A DNA stretch of 64,000 nt from Lingula anatina. Taxonomy: Eukaryota > Animalia > Brachiopoda. Positions 22,705 through 37,200 of the stretch are shown here, in pieces. Within the stretch, counting starts at the first letter, position 1, and each line of letters starts with the position of its first letter. The translations under genes were made by a program, and so were the position numbers. Location of the stretch: positions 5,332,001-5,396,000 of the forward strand of contig CM120649.1 in the NCBI GenBank assembly GCA_051362555.1, in the 5' to 3' direction. Under the pieces are notes generated by a model that had not been told where the DNA came from, searched no databases, and saw only the letters and a list, made by a program, of their open reading frames with translations.

Positions 22705-23832
22705 ACTTGTACACAACGTGCGTAAGTGTGAAATAGAATCCCTTTCCAAAGCAAATTAATCATCCCATGCACAAAACGTAACTATAAAGCGTTATCGTTA
22801 TGGAGCCGGCAGTTAGTATGTGTTTAAGTATGCACGTTTTCATAGCGGATGACATTAAACGCCCATTATCTTCTGTATGCAATAGACCACGTTTTACACA
22901 ACATTCGGGAGAGTGTTTGCTTATGCTTCACATCATTACTGGTGTTAGTTATCACTAAGATTATATGTTTCGCACAATAGTTTTATATTTAGGGAATGCA
23001 AATGAAGGCTTACGTACCCACCCATATGAGATACCGTTTATTATTTAGATTTCTGAGATGAGTCATAAATAGATAGTCGACTTTGGAACCGCAAGCATGT
23101 CGACAATTATTAGGAGACGTCATTAATGGTTGTACTGATTCACACATACGGCACAGCCACATTCTTGCTGTCTGTAGTATCTGTATATTTAACAATGAAT
23201 AAATGTATCGTCATCTCCGGTGGGCTTCTTAGTTGTACCGTTCTCTTATGTTTCTCGTTAGGGATTACTCATTATTTGTCCTGCGGAAGTGACATAATCG
23301 GCTTTTGAAGATTGGATTAAGATGTGTTTACTTATTCACTCCACCTTTTCTGACCAGTCAACCATTTTTACGAAGAAGTAGCACTAAGGGTTGTTCATTC
23401 ATTTTTTTCTCTTTTATGCCAACCTAAGGAACACGTGATGAACGTGACCTGATATACAATGATATATTCAGTCAGAATGATTATAGATATCATTAATCCT
23501 ATACACCGAAAAGATGGGTTATTTCAGAGCTCTATAATAAGGTAGTATATATGCAAATCAAGTCATTTGACGTACGTCCTTTTTGTGTTTTTGAGGCCAT
23601 AAAGAGTACATGTGTCTGGGATTTGTGGCCGTGCATGATGCTTTGACATTGATGACAAGTTCTGTTGTGCATTTTCACTCAAGATTATAGACCTTGTTTG
23701 TTTTGTATAAGGACCGTCACACTTCACGCGAGAATAACAAGTCCACATGTTGTTAAATAACTTATTGAGAAATTGCTGTTTTAGGGCTGGAACCAAAATC
23801 GATATTAAAACGGCTGTGTAATTTCATTGCAG

Positions 23833-23887
23833 AGCGTGTGAAAAGGAAACTGAAGTGTCAAACGACGCAGACGCAGAAAAAGAAAAG
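23833..23887 (+). other. Candidate 55-nt exon (5'UTR or short coding) of the unidentified + strand gene
   Basis: Acceptor atttcattgcag and consensus donor AAG|GTAAGT; purine-rich body; one frame reads RVKRKLKCQTTQTQKKK. Confidence 0.45.
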
Positions 23888-25882
23888 GTAAGTTTCAGAA
23901 ACCGGAAGCAGAGGAACGGAAGTTCGTCCAAGCAACGATCAGACAGAATCGTGAACGCTAGGCCGTCCTCACGAGGCGCCGTCGAGGTTGGTAAATACAT
24001 AGTGGGTAGGAATCACTCCGCACACACGTGCCATATGCATTTATGAGTCACGCGTCAAAGTACACCGGGTTTCAATACACATGTTTGTCTTATACCTGAC
24101 CTCCAGACTAGAGAATATGATAATCGTTTGTCACGTGTGTGTGTCGAAACGTGGGGACAAGGGTGAACGGATTGAAAGGGCTTCTCTACTTTGCTGCATT
24201 CAGTCATAAACACAGTAAATAGCACGTGTAATAGGCGGTATGTTTGGTGCAGAACTATATTAAATATATATATTATATTATAAAACTATATTGGTGTGAA
24301 TCCAACAGTCCTTGTCTTTGCCTCGAGGGACTTGAAAAGCGTCGCGAAATATACCGTGTGTCCAGAGATATGTGTACATGCATATCCGTATAACACTTGT
24401 CTAATACACCGCATTTTAATATCATTTGATAACGTCTTAAATTTGAAGCAAGCACGATGTCTCGAAATGATATCAAGTGTTTTCGGCTTATGTAGAAAGG
24501 TTTTCCACGATATTCCCTACTTATTCTTGAGTGCAGCGTTTTACCGATATCACAAGAGGGTGAAAAATCTGCATAAATATCTAACAGTGATTCTCATGCC
24601 GTCCATCATCATCCCTATTGATGAGTACAGGTTTACTGTCGTTGCTTATAATCACAAAAAATATCAAATTTATTCTTTTCCTCATTAAGCGTATGCGTGA
24701 TCATGTATAGTTGATCACCGAAGTTAGTTTCTCTTGCCACTTACTCAAAACGCCAATCAAAAAAAAAATCGTTTACGGAGCGAGCAATAACCAACCACCT
24801 TTTAATGAATATACCAGTTTGTTATGGTATTGACAGTAAAGGTTATCTCCAGTGCACCTACGTAACAAGCAGGGCGTACATGTAAGTTTAGTTATACGCA
24901 GCATTCATATATATATACAAAGCGTAATGCCGCAGGGAGACTCGCCATGGCTGGAAGGTATTCTGTACTCATTTGAAAATGTCCCAATGTCGCAATTCCT
25001 ACGTCTAGATCTCGTGCAAAACTGCTGATCCTTCCGTATGATAAGCCCCCTCAAATGAAAGTACCCTGGTCGATATTTCCATCTGAAACGGCGGGACGAC
25101 CAATAAGTCTTATTGTCTGGCCAGGGATTTAGAAGTAAATGCTTTAATTATAATTGGTATAAATTATCAAATACAAATGCGGGGACGGGCCAAGTAATGA
25201 TTCTTAAGATGAGAAAAATTGCTTTTTATCGACGAAAATTCGATTTGTCGCTAAAACAGTATTTTGCATTCTCCACATCCCCAGATGATGCTATAATATA
25301 TTATGTTGGAACTGCAAGAAACTCATATATGCTAGCGCTGTTCAGGTTCTCTTACTTCAGGATTCTAATGACGCTTTGCTATCGAAAGGAATGGGGTATT
25401 CAATGGGATATTGATAGCCTGCTGACGTAAATACATGCTTATCCAATGCTTTCACATTTTGTCTTCACTTTCGAATCTGATAAACTGATTAACGCGTCAA
25501 GATAGCTTGTAAACGAATTGGTATATCGCATGCTCTAGAATTAATTGCATATATATTCAAAACTCGTGTCACTGAACGTATATGATTTGTTTCTACAGAA
25601 CAAGGCTTGTTCGCAAAGAGGTTCGCTTCGGAAAGGATACGGTTACATTGCGTTGTCTCCCTGTTTTTCAGGTTTGCGCATATTCTTTTATTTCATCGCG
25701 TTGTGTGCTAAGGTGCATTAAACAACTACAATTGTTTATTCACCTTGTTGCTTGTACTTCGTTTTATAACTGTTGTACGCTGCACAGTCATCCAACTCTT
25801 AATCGCTTTAGAAAATATGTTTCACATGGTCAAGGTATAGATGCAGATGTGGCGTTCATCATTCTGTGATTTATATAAGTGA

Positions 25883-26112
25883 ACACGTAAGAGATGCTAA
25901 AGCACGCGAACTTGGGGTTTCTGAAGTCCTAGCGCTACTCCCATGAGCATTATATGAACTAGACGTTGGAGCACGAAGTTTGAATATAAAATAGACACGT
26001 AAGCGAAGCAAAATTATTCGACCTTGGTCTCTGATGTCCTAGCACTACTGTCATGAGCATTATATACGTGGGAGCAAACATACTAAGATACACAGATTGA
26101 ATATAAAATAGA
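25883..26112. repeat. Diverged tandem duplication, two copies of about 112-117 bp
   Basis: Repeated blocks ACACGTAAG, CTGA.GTCCTAGC.CTACT..CATGAGCATTATAT and TTGAATATAAAATAGA. Confidence 0.8.
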
Positions 26113-26952
26113 TCACCGCTGTACTAGTATTTTTGGTACGTATTCAGGTTGCAGTATCCTTTGCCCTAAAGAAATCGTTTTTGAAATTAAGACCAGGGTA
26201 ATAGCAGTTGAATTGAAAGTGGATAAATTAATGACACTAGTCATAGCTATTTTCAGAGTTTTTACGTACATGTAAGTACTCAGTTTTTTAGGTGTGTTTA
26301 TTGCTCTCATTGTTGGGTGTTGAAGTTACAGAGGAACACTAATCGTTGCTGCTTAATTGGGTTATTTTGTCGATAAAATTAGTAAAGATTAAATGACTGG
26401 ATTTAAAATGAGATAAGTATTTTTTAGCAGCTCGGTATTTCATTTTGCTTCAAATGAACGCATCTTAAAACGGTGGCCTCCGTCTTTCTGACTTGGTGCA
26501 ACCCGCTTCTGATCCCTGAACGGGGCTGTCGTCTGCATTTAAACGGATCGTTTGTCACGCATTCCTTCCTCAAAAGCAGCTGTGTTTTGACTGCTATTTG
26601 TGAATTGATGAACATATGGTCGCAACGTGTCTAGACGAAGTAAATAAGTTAACGAATTAAACGCTGTGCTTGGCTTATCCAACTGCTTGCAGAGCGTACA
26701 TGTAGATTATAAAAACGGCCTATTTTTAGTCTGCTTAAGTGCGTAGCAGTTCTCCAATAAAATAGAGCATCGACAGCTTATACTTGGCTAAGGCAGCAGT
26801 ACATTCTTTATTGTTATACAGGCGCAATATTTCATTGAATCTGACTACTACCGATTTCCCTTGTGTCAAAGATCGCATTCACAACGAGTTGAGACAGGCT
26901 TTACAAATCCTGGGGACTAAATATGGCGGATCTACATGAAAGAAAAACCGCC

Positions 26953-27068
26953 TAGTCTCTCCGCCTCTCACACGCCTCCCCATGTGTCGTCCCAATGGAG
27001 CCGAGATTTAATGACTGTCCCCCCGCAGGGACGACGTGTGGGGAGGCGTGTGAGAGGCGGAGAGACTA
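26953..27068. mobile_element. 116-bp GC-rich hairpin MITE with TAG...CTA termini
   Basis: Perfect 30-bp TIR TAGTCTCTCCGCCTCTCACACGCCTCCCCA; no direct TSD; wedged between family B and family A fragments. Confidence 0.75.
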
Positions 27069-27084
27069 TTAAAAGATTAGGCGG

Positions 27085-27261
27085 TCACTAGATTACTGTC
27101 AGCTTGGCCGGCTTAAGCGTCTGTCCCGCCTACTAAAAGCTGTAAGGGCTAATTAACTATGGTGCCCGCTCGGCTGACTGCAATTTAGCGTGAACCCCAG
27201 GGAGTTAGGTCGATCTAAATCTTAATCTTAAGATCGATCTAAATCTCTGGGAATGCACCCC
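27085..27261. mobile_element. Truncated family A MITE
   Basis: TCACTAGATTAC...TCTGTCCCGCCTACTA...GAACCCCAGGGAGTTAGGTCGATCTAAA, matching 15427-15733. Confidence 0.75.
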
Positions 27262-29092
27262 TAGTTTGAGTTTATATTTACGCAATATTAAAAAAATAGC
27301 CTGGACGATCTTGTTGGATAATTTGGTTTCGTTATTGTGGGTAGCTATGTTGTGCATTCAACAATTGAGGAAGTGGGTCGGGGGTGGGGGGTGGGGGGTT
27401 AGGTTTTCCATGGAGCCCAAGAGAAAAAAAAAACTGTAGCTGGCGATCACTAGGACTAGTTTACAGAGTAATGTCATTTATGAAAATTCATCTCTCTCTT
27501 TCTCTGTATGTGCGTGGGTGCGCGTGTGCGTATGAGTGCGCGTGCGTGGGCGCGCGTGTGTGCGCGTGACTAGTGAGGTTTATATGAAGTAGGCAGGCAT
27601 CTGTCTCAGTAATATAAATGGCGAGCATGTGCGTTAAAGATATAAATTCATTTAACCGGAAAAGTAAATATACATAATCCCGACGAGAGGGCAATAACCC
27701 TCCGTGAATTAGGTCATCTTGATCAATACCGCACAGGAATATGACCTTAGCGAGGTCAAGCGGCATTAAATAAAGACAATCCATCTATGTTGGTGGTACG
27801 AACAGTTCTGTTAGGATATAAGGAAAACTCATTATTTAGTTTAAAACTTATATACACAAGTGGTAAGTCTGGGTGGACGCCCAACCCATTGATCACCAGG
27901 CACCTCACTTTCCGGGTTCGGGATTCTGGTAGGGATGGGGGGGGGGGGGTGGGGGGGGGGGGGGGAGAGGCCGATTTTGAAACCCCTTCAACATAGCTGA
28001 GTAATGCTCTTGGTATACCGAAATACACCATGCAGTCTTGTAATGTTACCAGCAAAAATGTTTTGGCAACATAAGGCCTGGGGATCTTGATTTTCGATAT
28101 AAAAGGTTTATATTATTAGAGCTCAGGCGAGGGAGGTGAGGATTTCTGAATCCGCCACTATACTTGCGCGATAACAATTTTTAAATTCTTACTGAATGAA
28201 AATTGTTTTGAGTTTATTGTATTCAAAATATTTATAACAACATGACTGTATTATTCTTTGAGGCACGGCTAACAAAGGGTTTAAAATATTTTATTGTAAC
28301 TGGTATTTACAAAAAATGAATAGTCATATAGAGTTCTGTACATTGCCATGCGCGTGACTGCATGAGTAGGCCTACATATGAAAATGGTTGCCGACCATGG
28401 AATGTTGTAAAATGTACTCGACCTTTCCTCCCCTCTTTTTTGTTTGAAAAAAAGGCAACACACGATTTGGTCACGGTCCCTTGGTCCCGTCTGAAGTCAT
28501 TCTACCGTGTTATGAGTCCTCTGTTGTGAAACTATATTAAGGAATACGTCTTCCAGTTTTATATGTACCCCTTCACAAGGACGTACCAGGCAGATTCCTA
28601 GACGCATCATATAAACTGTTATTATAAAGTCTGTGTGTGTAGAATACAAATCTGTTGAATAAGAACGTGTCAGCTTTGATACGGGGCATATTATTACCAG
28701 CAAGACTATATTCTTCTTATCACGTATATCAATATGCGCCCATGCAGCTAACACCAGTAATCTTTGTTTAGCCGAGATTTGCAGTCACATAGCTTCTAGT
28801 TTCACGTGAATAGCTACCGAACTAGTTTTCTTGAAAAATGTACCGCACGGGGGATTGGAAATGCATATAATGGAGACTCACTGCCGATTTCTCTAATGTC
28901 CAGTGGCTCTGGTAGGATACACTGTTCCAAAGGTATTATATATTTTTTTCACTGGATATCCACAGATATTTGTCTGGCTATTCATAAACCGTGTACATTT
29001 CAGGCCATGTGCAGTGGGCATTGCGGTACAACCTTGACGTCGTCATCCATTCGGTGTTATGTAGAGATTATTGTTTAGACCTAAGCCAACTA

Positions 29093-29573
29093 TCACCCCT
29101 TTTCCATAGATTAGATCGACCTACTTTAAATCGACCTAACTCCCTGGGGGTTCACGCTAAATAGCTGTCAGCCGGGCGGACACGGATGTTAATAACCGCC
29201 TTACAGCTTGTAGTAGGCGGGACGGACATTTAAGTCGGATTATCTGAAAGTAATCTAGTGAGACTCCCCGCGGGGATAGATCGATCTAAAATCTTTGGGA
29301 ATAGAGCCTTGATCGTACTAGCAGGGTCGATCTATCTCAGCGGGATTCTCGCTAAGGGGCAGTAAATGTAATCAGCTTAATTGTCTGGCACGCCCCCTCG
29401 CAAAGCAACATGAACAACATCATTCACAAAGCTTTCCCGACTTAACTCAAGTGCCTAAAGTTACAAGATGGCGTGCCAGATATTTAAGCTGCGTAAATTG
29501 AATGTTATTAGGCGAGAATCCCTGGTGAGTTAGATCGATCTAGCTAGTACGACAGGGTTATGGGAACGGTACC
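29093..29573. mobile_element. Two adjacent family A MITEs (29093-29308 and about 29311-29573)
   Basis: The first is the uninterrupted inverse copy of 15379-15766; the second has arms TCGTACTAGC..GTCGATCTA / TAGATCGATCTAGCTAGTACGA, like 59020-59243. Confidence 0.8.
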
Positions 29574-30311
29574 TAAGGCATGCCTTCTTTAAAATCTGTG
29601 TGAATTCCCCTTTAATCTGAGGTCAGACATATTGTTGATAAGTTGGGTCAATCAAGGACAAATGTCGATTCATGCTGGACGGACAAAAATGGCAACTCAA
29701 AGCCCTTGCTTTAGCAACTTAAACGGCATACTGTGTGTTCTTTGCATAAGCGAAAAAAACATATATAAAAACATTCTTATGATAATAAGCGTTGGTATTA
29801 TTTCCGCCGCTGGGTTTGTCCAAAGGTCATTGACCCTGGCCCAGGAAACCGTCAGTGATATCACAAAATAACGCGCACCCTGGCGACAACAGTCATTTAC
29901 GCACATGGAAAGGTGGCTCTGGGACACGTAAGGGTAGAAACATATGCCTTTTTGTCACGCGCACATTGGGTGCTATTTAGACTGAGGCAGGGTCGGGTCG
30001 GGGAAACAGATATAATCTCGGTTGTTTAAACGCCTATTTCTTTAAAGTACACTCGTTGTGCAAATCTTAAAACTTGAGTTGGAACGACGCGTTTTTCTAG
30101 CCTCCACATAGGGTAATGCGTTCAAGATTTCCTTTGCTACATTATCGAACTGGGTTGATTTTACACAGGAGAGGTTTAATATCAGTAGGTCATTTTCACG
30201 CCGATTGGTAACCATAAGCAATGTAACCTGTACCGGTTCCCTTTGTCATGCCATTAGAAAGCTACAGGGCTATGTCGGGCGCATGGGGTTCGTTAAAGGG
30301 AGAACAACTCT

Positions 30312-30358
<47 letters not shown>

Positions 30359-30526
30359 AATCCACATTTCACATTAAACACATTTTAAACAGCTCATAGA
30401 AATATAATCAATTTAATATTACCACCAAACCGGTGGTTATCCCAGTTATTCTGAAATCTGTGTTTGCCATAGGAACACGTGGCCTCTACAGATGGTTATC
30501 CTCTGTAATAATCTCTGAAGAGATTA

Positions 30527-30547
30527 ACACACACACACACACACACA

Positions 30548-30583
<36 letters not shown>
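30527..30583. repeat. (CA)n microsatellite
   Basis: Direct reading, one interruption. Confidence 0.95.
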
Positions 30584-30587
<4 letters not shown>

Positions 30588-33500
30588 AAAAAAGAAATTC
30601 AGGGACTAACTCTGAATGTCGGACCCGACTCATTAACCAATGGTAAGTATGGGAAAAATTCCGTTAACTCTAGTAAAATCTGTATGTTGGCCAAAATGAA
30701 AACTGTATTCTTATGTAATGGCCAGACTAGTAATTTGTCGTTCACTTTAAAAGATGTGAAAAGTGCCATAGTCTCCTCCACGTTCTTAAAGGTTCCATCA
30801 AAAAAGTTTTAAGTTTAAACTTGATTGCAGTGTCCATTTTGTACCCCTCCTCTGTACCTTGTGGACTCCCCCCATTCCCCCCCCCCCCCCGCAAAAAAAA
30901 AAAAAAGTGTGTGAACTAAATGTTAATTCCGTTGCAAGGCTCTCTCTCTCTCTCTTTTCTCCTCTCTTCTCTCCTCTCTTCTCTCTCTCTCTCTTCGTTT
31001 GTACTTTCGTTATTTCATACTAAGACTCTTTCACTATAACCGTCTTGAACACGACCTAGATCACGCATGACTCACGGTATATTGCAGTTGTATAAAAATG
31101 ATAAACATTTAAATAGATGGCGGTGTCACGTCTGTTGAGATTCAAATCACCAGAAGGGACTATTTATATATATTGCTGTTGTGTTAGTATCATCGCCGTG
31201 TTTTCTTACGAAGGAGACTTGTCGCTCAATAACTTCCTGGTTTAGGACCTGGAGTTCCCCGAAGAGACTATTTTTAGCTTTCATGTAAAGGCAAGGAGGC
31301 GGGAGAACCGTATATGCCACGTATATGCCACGTATGCTAGCAAAGGAAAGGTTTGGCTTAAGATTGCGAGATAAGTACAGGTATGGCTATTTCTTATTAA
31401 CAAAGTGCGTACAAGAATGCAAACCCCAAGTATTTTTTGTTAAATTTTAAAGGTGAAGTGAAGCTGAAAGTGAAGTTTCTGAGCCGATGGACCACGTATA
31501 TTGTTCTTTTTTAAAAACTATAATCAGATCTGTGAGCAATATTACTTACTCTGGGAAAAAATGATAATGGCAGTCCCTTATAGGAAGCCAGACGTCTATG
31601 CGGGTACAGTTTTTACACCTGGCATTTATGCATACATTGACGTGTTTGCCTGAAAACTGTTTAAGACCGAGTTCGTTTTATGATATCGCTGAACCGTTAC
31701 ATTGTTTATTTTCCTGAGTATAGCAATGACATAAATGGGCGACCATTGACGACGAATAGAGATTGCATGGATAGATAAAAGATAGAAACTTTAATGGTAT
31801 TGCTATTAGGTATTGAATAACGGCGTCCGCTTCTAGAAGTAAGGGTTTTTATACGAGTTATATTAAAAACATGGATGGTAATAATTTGATTCTTTATTGA
31901 AATCATCTTAAAATTAAAGTTTCTGTTATTGTTGTATACAATACAGTACAAGAAATCTATTTTAAAAAAATGCATAGATATTATAGCCAAAAGACGTTGC
32001 ATTGCAAACTTAGCTACCAGTATCAGTAACTCATGTAATAAAACAATGTGAACACAGAAGTGAATATACTTTCCAAGAAGTTTAGGCACCTATACGATAA
32101 AAACATTCACCTCAAGACTTGGATGTTTTACTTTACACAAATCTAATGCCTTTTTAATACAGATTAAAAAAAAAGAAATTATCGTAAATCTTAGTGTTTT
32201 GCTGCCGGTTCTCTCCATCAGCCTGTCCAGTTCCCCGGCCATAAGCCATTTTTTCCCTACTTCTAATTTCAAAAATCAGAAAAATCATGCGTGTTATTTG
32301 TGCGATTTTTTTAAATTTTTTTTAAAAACACTTGACTGTGTTTTATATTTCATTTATAAGGGTACATGTTGACTTTCACCATTTTTATCGTACTTGACGT
32401 CCTCACGAATAACGCGATTGTCCCATGAGTCAGTATGGCGTAGAAATCAGAAATGGATGTTTGGCAGCATTGACTATGTGCAGTTGCTTTCACTTCTGTC
32501 TAAAGGTAAAAAAAAAGTTTAGGGTAAAAAAAAGGCAATGTAATTTTGCTTTATTGTACACATTTCCAAAGGCCTTCACTTTGCTGTTTGTACGTGATAA
32601 AATAAAAAGAAATTAGATTAATGGTATGATTTTACATGCATGTACAAAAAAAAAAAAAAAAAAGAGCAATTTTTAGTGATTTTTGATAGACTAAGCCAGC
32701 AATAAAAGGAACATGAAATAGGGTTTACGCAGGATGTCACCGTGGGAATCGCGCCCTGCTGCTTAGTGAACTATGCTCTTTTACTTTTATCTTCTCACAC
32801 TGATCCGACTGATAAAAGAATAATATACAAAGAGAAGTTAAAGCAAGTCCAGGGCTTGACATTAAGGGTTGCGTTGTTGCATTTTGCAACCTCTTATTTC
32901 TCTCAGGCAACCATATCTTGACCAGCAGTCGTCCGACAATGCAACTGATTCCATTTTGAATACTTTTTGTTTATTGTATGCTTTATAGTGTGTTTTCTGG
33001 CATTTGCTCCTCTTGGTAAACATGTACAGCAGTTGTTTGGGTTGATTATGAGATCGCAATAAAATATTCACGTATGTTACGTTTTCTGTAATCTCTTTTC
33101 GTAAAAAAAAGCAGTGAAACTGGCACGACCTTTATTTAGAATTATTTTTGAATCTGAAGTATCAGTAAGAAAATAAAAAGTATTTCATTGCATGGTTGGT
33201 AGCCCCCCCCCCTCCCCCACCGAGCCTAGTTGGGCTCAGTCACAACCAGTTGGAGAAAAATTAATGTCGAGTCCTGAAGTCCAACCCATACCAACAATAC
33301 ACTTAAAGCTCCTTTTGTTTTTCAGTAGCTGATGTAGCAGTGCATCTGTAGTTAATATACATGTGTAAACCTCGTTAAAATATATTTACGTTGCTGTTCA
33401 TTTGTGTTTTTCTTTTTAAACGCGGGTAATGTGTATTTGAGCAACACGATTAAAGACGGACGCGGAGTGGGGATTTGATTAGTCGAAACGATGGAGAGTG

Positions 33501-33695
33501 TGCTCGTAATTGGCAATCGGTGACTTAACAATACAGAGAAATTGCTCCCAGGATATCTGCTGAATTTAAGACCACTTCACAACGACAGTTATTTCTTAGC
33601 AGTGCAGCTGCACCGTGTTTTGCGAGGCACTGCAGTGTATCGGACCAAATTTGCGGGCTAATACTCTGCTGTAAAACTGGCCCCAACTGAATTAA

Positions 33696-33922
33696 GGCTG
33701 TGTTCAGATTAAAAGTTATCTGTCCAGCAGGCTCGATCTATCTCTGTGGGGATTGTAGTTTAAGTGCACTCGCTGTAATCAGCTGAATTGACTGGCCCGC
33801 CCCCTCAGGAAGCTGCGAAAGATAACCCCTAGTATGTGGAATGGGCGGGCCAGACAATTAAAATGATTAATCAGAGATAGATCGATCTTGCCGGACCGAT
33901 AACTTTTAATCTGAACACAGCC
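33696..33922. mobile_element. Harbinger-like MITE, family A variant
   Basis: Perfect 25-bp TIR GGCTGTGTTCAGATTAAAAGTTATC; flanks TAA/TCA; internal TCGATCTATCTCTG arms. Confidence 0.85.
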
Positions 33923-34161
33923 TCATATAATGAATAGAATGATGCCTCCAGTCACTTTCTGTGCATGGTATTCAGTGTGATCTATATAACGCCAGTGGTT
34001 AGGTTCTTATAGCATTTTGTTATTTCGAGGCGCCATTGCTAAGCACGGGAGGCGATAGCCGCGTGCCAGAGCGCAAGGGTCGTGTCCTTAACTTAACAAT
34101 GCAGCTTTAACACTTAATCTGTATGTATTTACAGTACTGCGGAATCTTTAATTGCTTTTAT

Positions 34162-34165
<4 letters not shown>

Positions 34166-34203
<38 letters not shown>

Positions 34204-34204
34204 C

Positions 34205-34240
<36 letters not shown>
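34166..34240. repeat. Compound (CA)n(GA)n microsatellite
   Basis: Direct reading. Confidence 0.95.
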
Positions 34241-34245
<5 letters not shown>

Positions 34246-37200
34246 AATCTCTTATTAAATACACTGATTTCGAGCTACCTTGAAGGCATTTACGGTACAT
34301 GCGGGCACCGTTTCTTCTGGTAAACGATATCAGCTAATTGCAATGCCGACAAAAAAGTAGCATTGCTCTAACAAGTTAACATGTTTGCCCACAGTGTTGA
34401 TCTGCCTATACCAAGGTGTAGTGACAGAAACCGATACGAAACGTTCGTCAATCACGGGGGAGGTACATCGTAGTTTCTCTTCCGGAGGAAGTGAACGCTA
34501 TTAATCTGTTTTATAATAAAGAAACCGCAGACAAGAGGCAGCTCGCATTCCCCTCTGTGGGTTGGCGCTTTGTGCGTGCTGGTAGAACACTTGGCATTTA
34601 CCTTTGGCGTGATCAGATTTCGCAGAGGGAGCCTTTGTTTCCTGAAAGAAGATAGTTGTCTTTGGTATCGAACATCCGTAGAATCCTTTGCTTACCGATG
34701 ATACCAGAAGTCAATTGCAAAGGGCAATAGAAATTATTTGTCTCGGTGACAGTCGCATTTATTTATTTATTTATTTATTTATTTATTCTGCCAAGGAGGC
34801 TATGTTTTGCCTGTGGTGGTTTATAAGCAACCAGCCTAACAAAAAAAATTATGGTCGGGTTTTGACGACTTTTTTAGGATTGGTCAGAAATGGTTTCTTG
34901 GTGACGGTTCAATCAATTATTGATCAATGGCAATGGATCTGCGGAGGAATGCGCTCTCTGATTTCTTTCCTCGGTTACAGATATCATTATTATCGCGCAG
35001 TTGAATACGCCACTGATTGTGCTTAGAAACCCTCGGTCCCGGAAGAAACAGATTATGAAGTGAAAAGTGAAAAGAAGAATGGAAACTCATTTTCAGGTTT
35101 CGCTCTTTCTTTTCATGTGATAATTCCCGTTGCTTACGCAGACGTCAACAGCTGTTTCAAACCCACTTCATCCTGTATATACTTAGTACCAGCATGCGCT
35201 CGCCATTAGGTTTCAGAAACCTTTCACGCGCGCTGGTAATAGAGGACCGTTTTAAAAGACTCTAAAACTAATAGTTACCATTGCCGCACATGGCGTTCCT
35301 GAACCATACCATTTAACAACCGTAGCGCAGGTCGCGAACAATAAACCCCGATAGGAGGTCGCAGGTAAGATGTCCGTTTCGCACATAAGTAGTTCATATT
35401 GAGAATTTAGACATTTGAGGTACCGATAAAAGATTTCACAGTAAACGTGATATGATTTAAATACGTAGTGAGGATATGTTACGGTTTTACTTTTTCCTGC
35501 GTATATGCACATGTATTTATTTGTTGCCAGTCTAGAATGCAGAGGCGCGCGCGCATGTTTGTGTCCACGCGTTTTGTTGATGATCGTCATCCCATTGCTG
35601 GGTATAGCATGTGACTCATTTCACGGACCAATTGGATTACCATTCTCTCTTTTTTGTTGAGATAAGCTTGATGAGGTTTGGGACTCGTAGTTCGATGGGT
35701 GGTCCATTATATTGTACGGACCCACGAAAAAGGTTGACAACGAGAAATGTCGTCCTAACTTGTATGCTAACGCACCTGCGTATGGTGACATCGGCGTTGT
35801 TTGCCTAGTTGAACTGACGGTGTTAATTGCAATAACAAAATGTTTACGTCAGTGGCGTGACAAAGCATGTTTGCAGTGCTTCTTGGTGCTCATTAGCAAA
35901 CTCATTAAGAAGAATAAAGATTCTTAACTCAATATGTGCGCTTAACCGTGCTATATATTACTCCACTGTGATGTAATCGGTCGGGTATCGTGGCCGTTAC
36001 CTGGCACAAATCGCCAAGCAAAAGGTGGTTGTCAAATTATATACCGTTGCTAATAGTAACTTGTTGGGTGTATGCGCGGTTTCAGAGAACAGTTGTCACC
36101 ATTTTGATTAACTGTTTGAATGCTGCCACATATATTACTCGGTGGATTCGAAAAGAAGTTTCTTCTGATGTTGTAAATATGTTATCATTCTTATGCCTAG
36201 CAGTCATTAATAATATAGCTTGTGGTTCGTCATGTATATATGTTTATATGCTTATCTCTTTCGAAGGAAGACGAAATATGGATTCACCATTCCATGGTTT
36301 GCTATAATTTCAGTTAGCGACGCAACCGCCTTCATCACATTCGGAACCAAAGGATCCGCCTGTTGTTATTTTAGATGATCCCATACCTGACGAGTAAGTA
36401 TTTTACAACTAAAATTAATCTTCTTACATTCCTCAGCCCCTTTGTCTCCAATTTTGATTAGATTTACCTTAAACGAAAGATACAGCAACCAAGTAACATG
36501 TTGCTTGCAAAAAATAGTTTTACACGACCATTTGATTAAAACGTATTGGTAAATGTTCTCATATGAAAACCATATTAAGTGACGACACCTAGAATACGCA
36601 TGTGAAATAGAGCATTATGACTAGTAGCAATTAGGGATAAGCACGTTCGAGTGCAAATAGTCGAAAAACCAGTTTTTGTGCACGTGTCACAATGACATTC
36701 GTTTCACACGAATTATTGCTTTGACTAGACACTATTACCCCAATGCCAACAGCATAGTCGTTTGAATTATTGTGTGAAAATGGCAGTCGTGTTTATCTGT
36801 TTGTGTTCTCCGCTCTGTCAGGTCATTTATGTTTTAACATTATGTATTATCTTGGGTCTCATTTAAATTACAACCAGTTGCTTGCTGCATAATTCCGTAA
36901 TAGACACTGAATAGATTGCCCACAGGGATTACGCGGCAAGCTTTCAAGTGGGTCGGCCATGTTTGATCCCTGGATCTATTAGTCCGTGGATCATCTTTGG
37001 TTGTGAAAGCAGCTTTGGCTGAAAATAAATATCGAGTTTATGCTGCAATAATAATGTACATCATTAACACGTGGAAAGGATTAGTGCACGAGTAAGAAAA
37101 GTCGATCTTAATCGTCGTCGTCGGGATCAGCCATTCACTCCAACGAAACGTTATTACCGGTACTACTACTGCTCGAGTTCGGCGAAGCTTTCGGGGTGAG

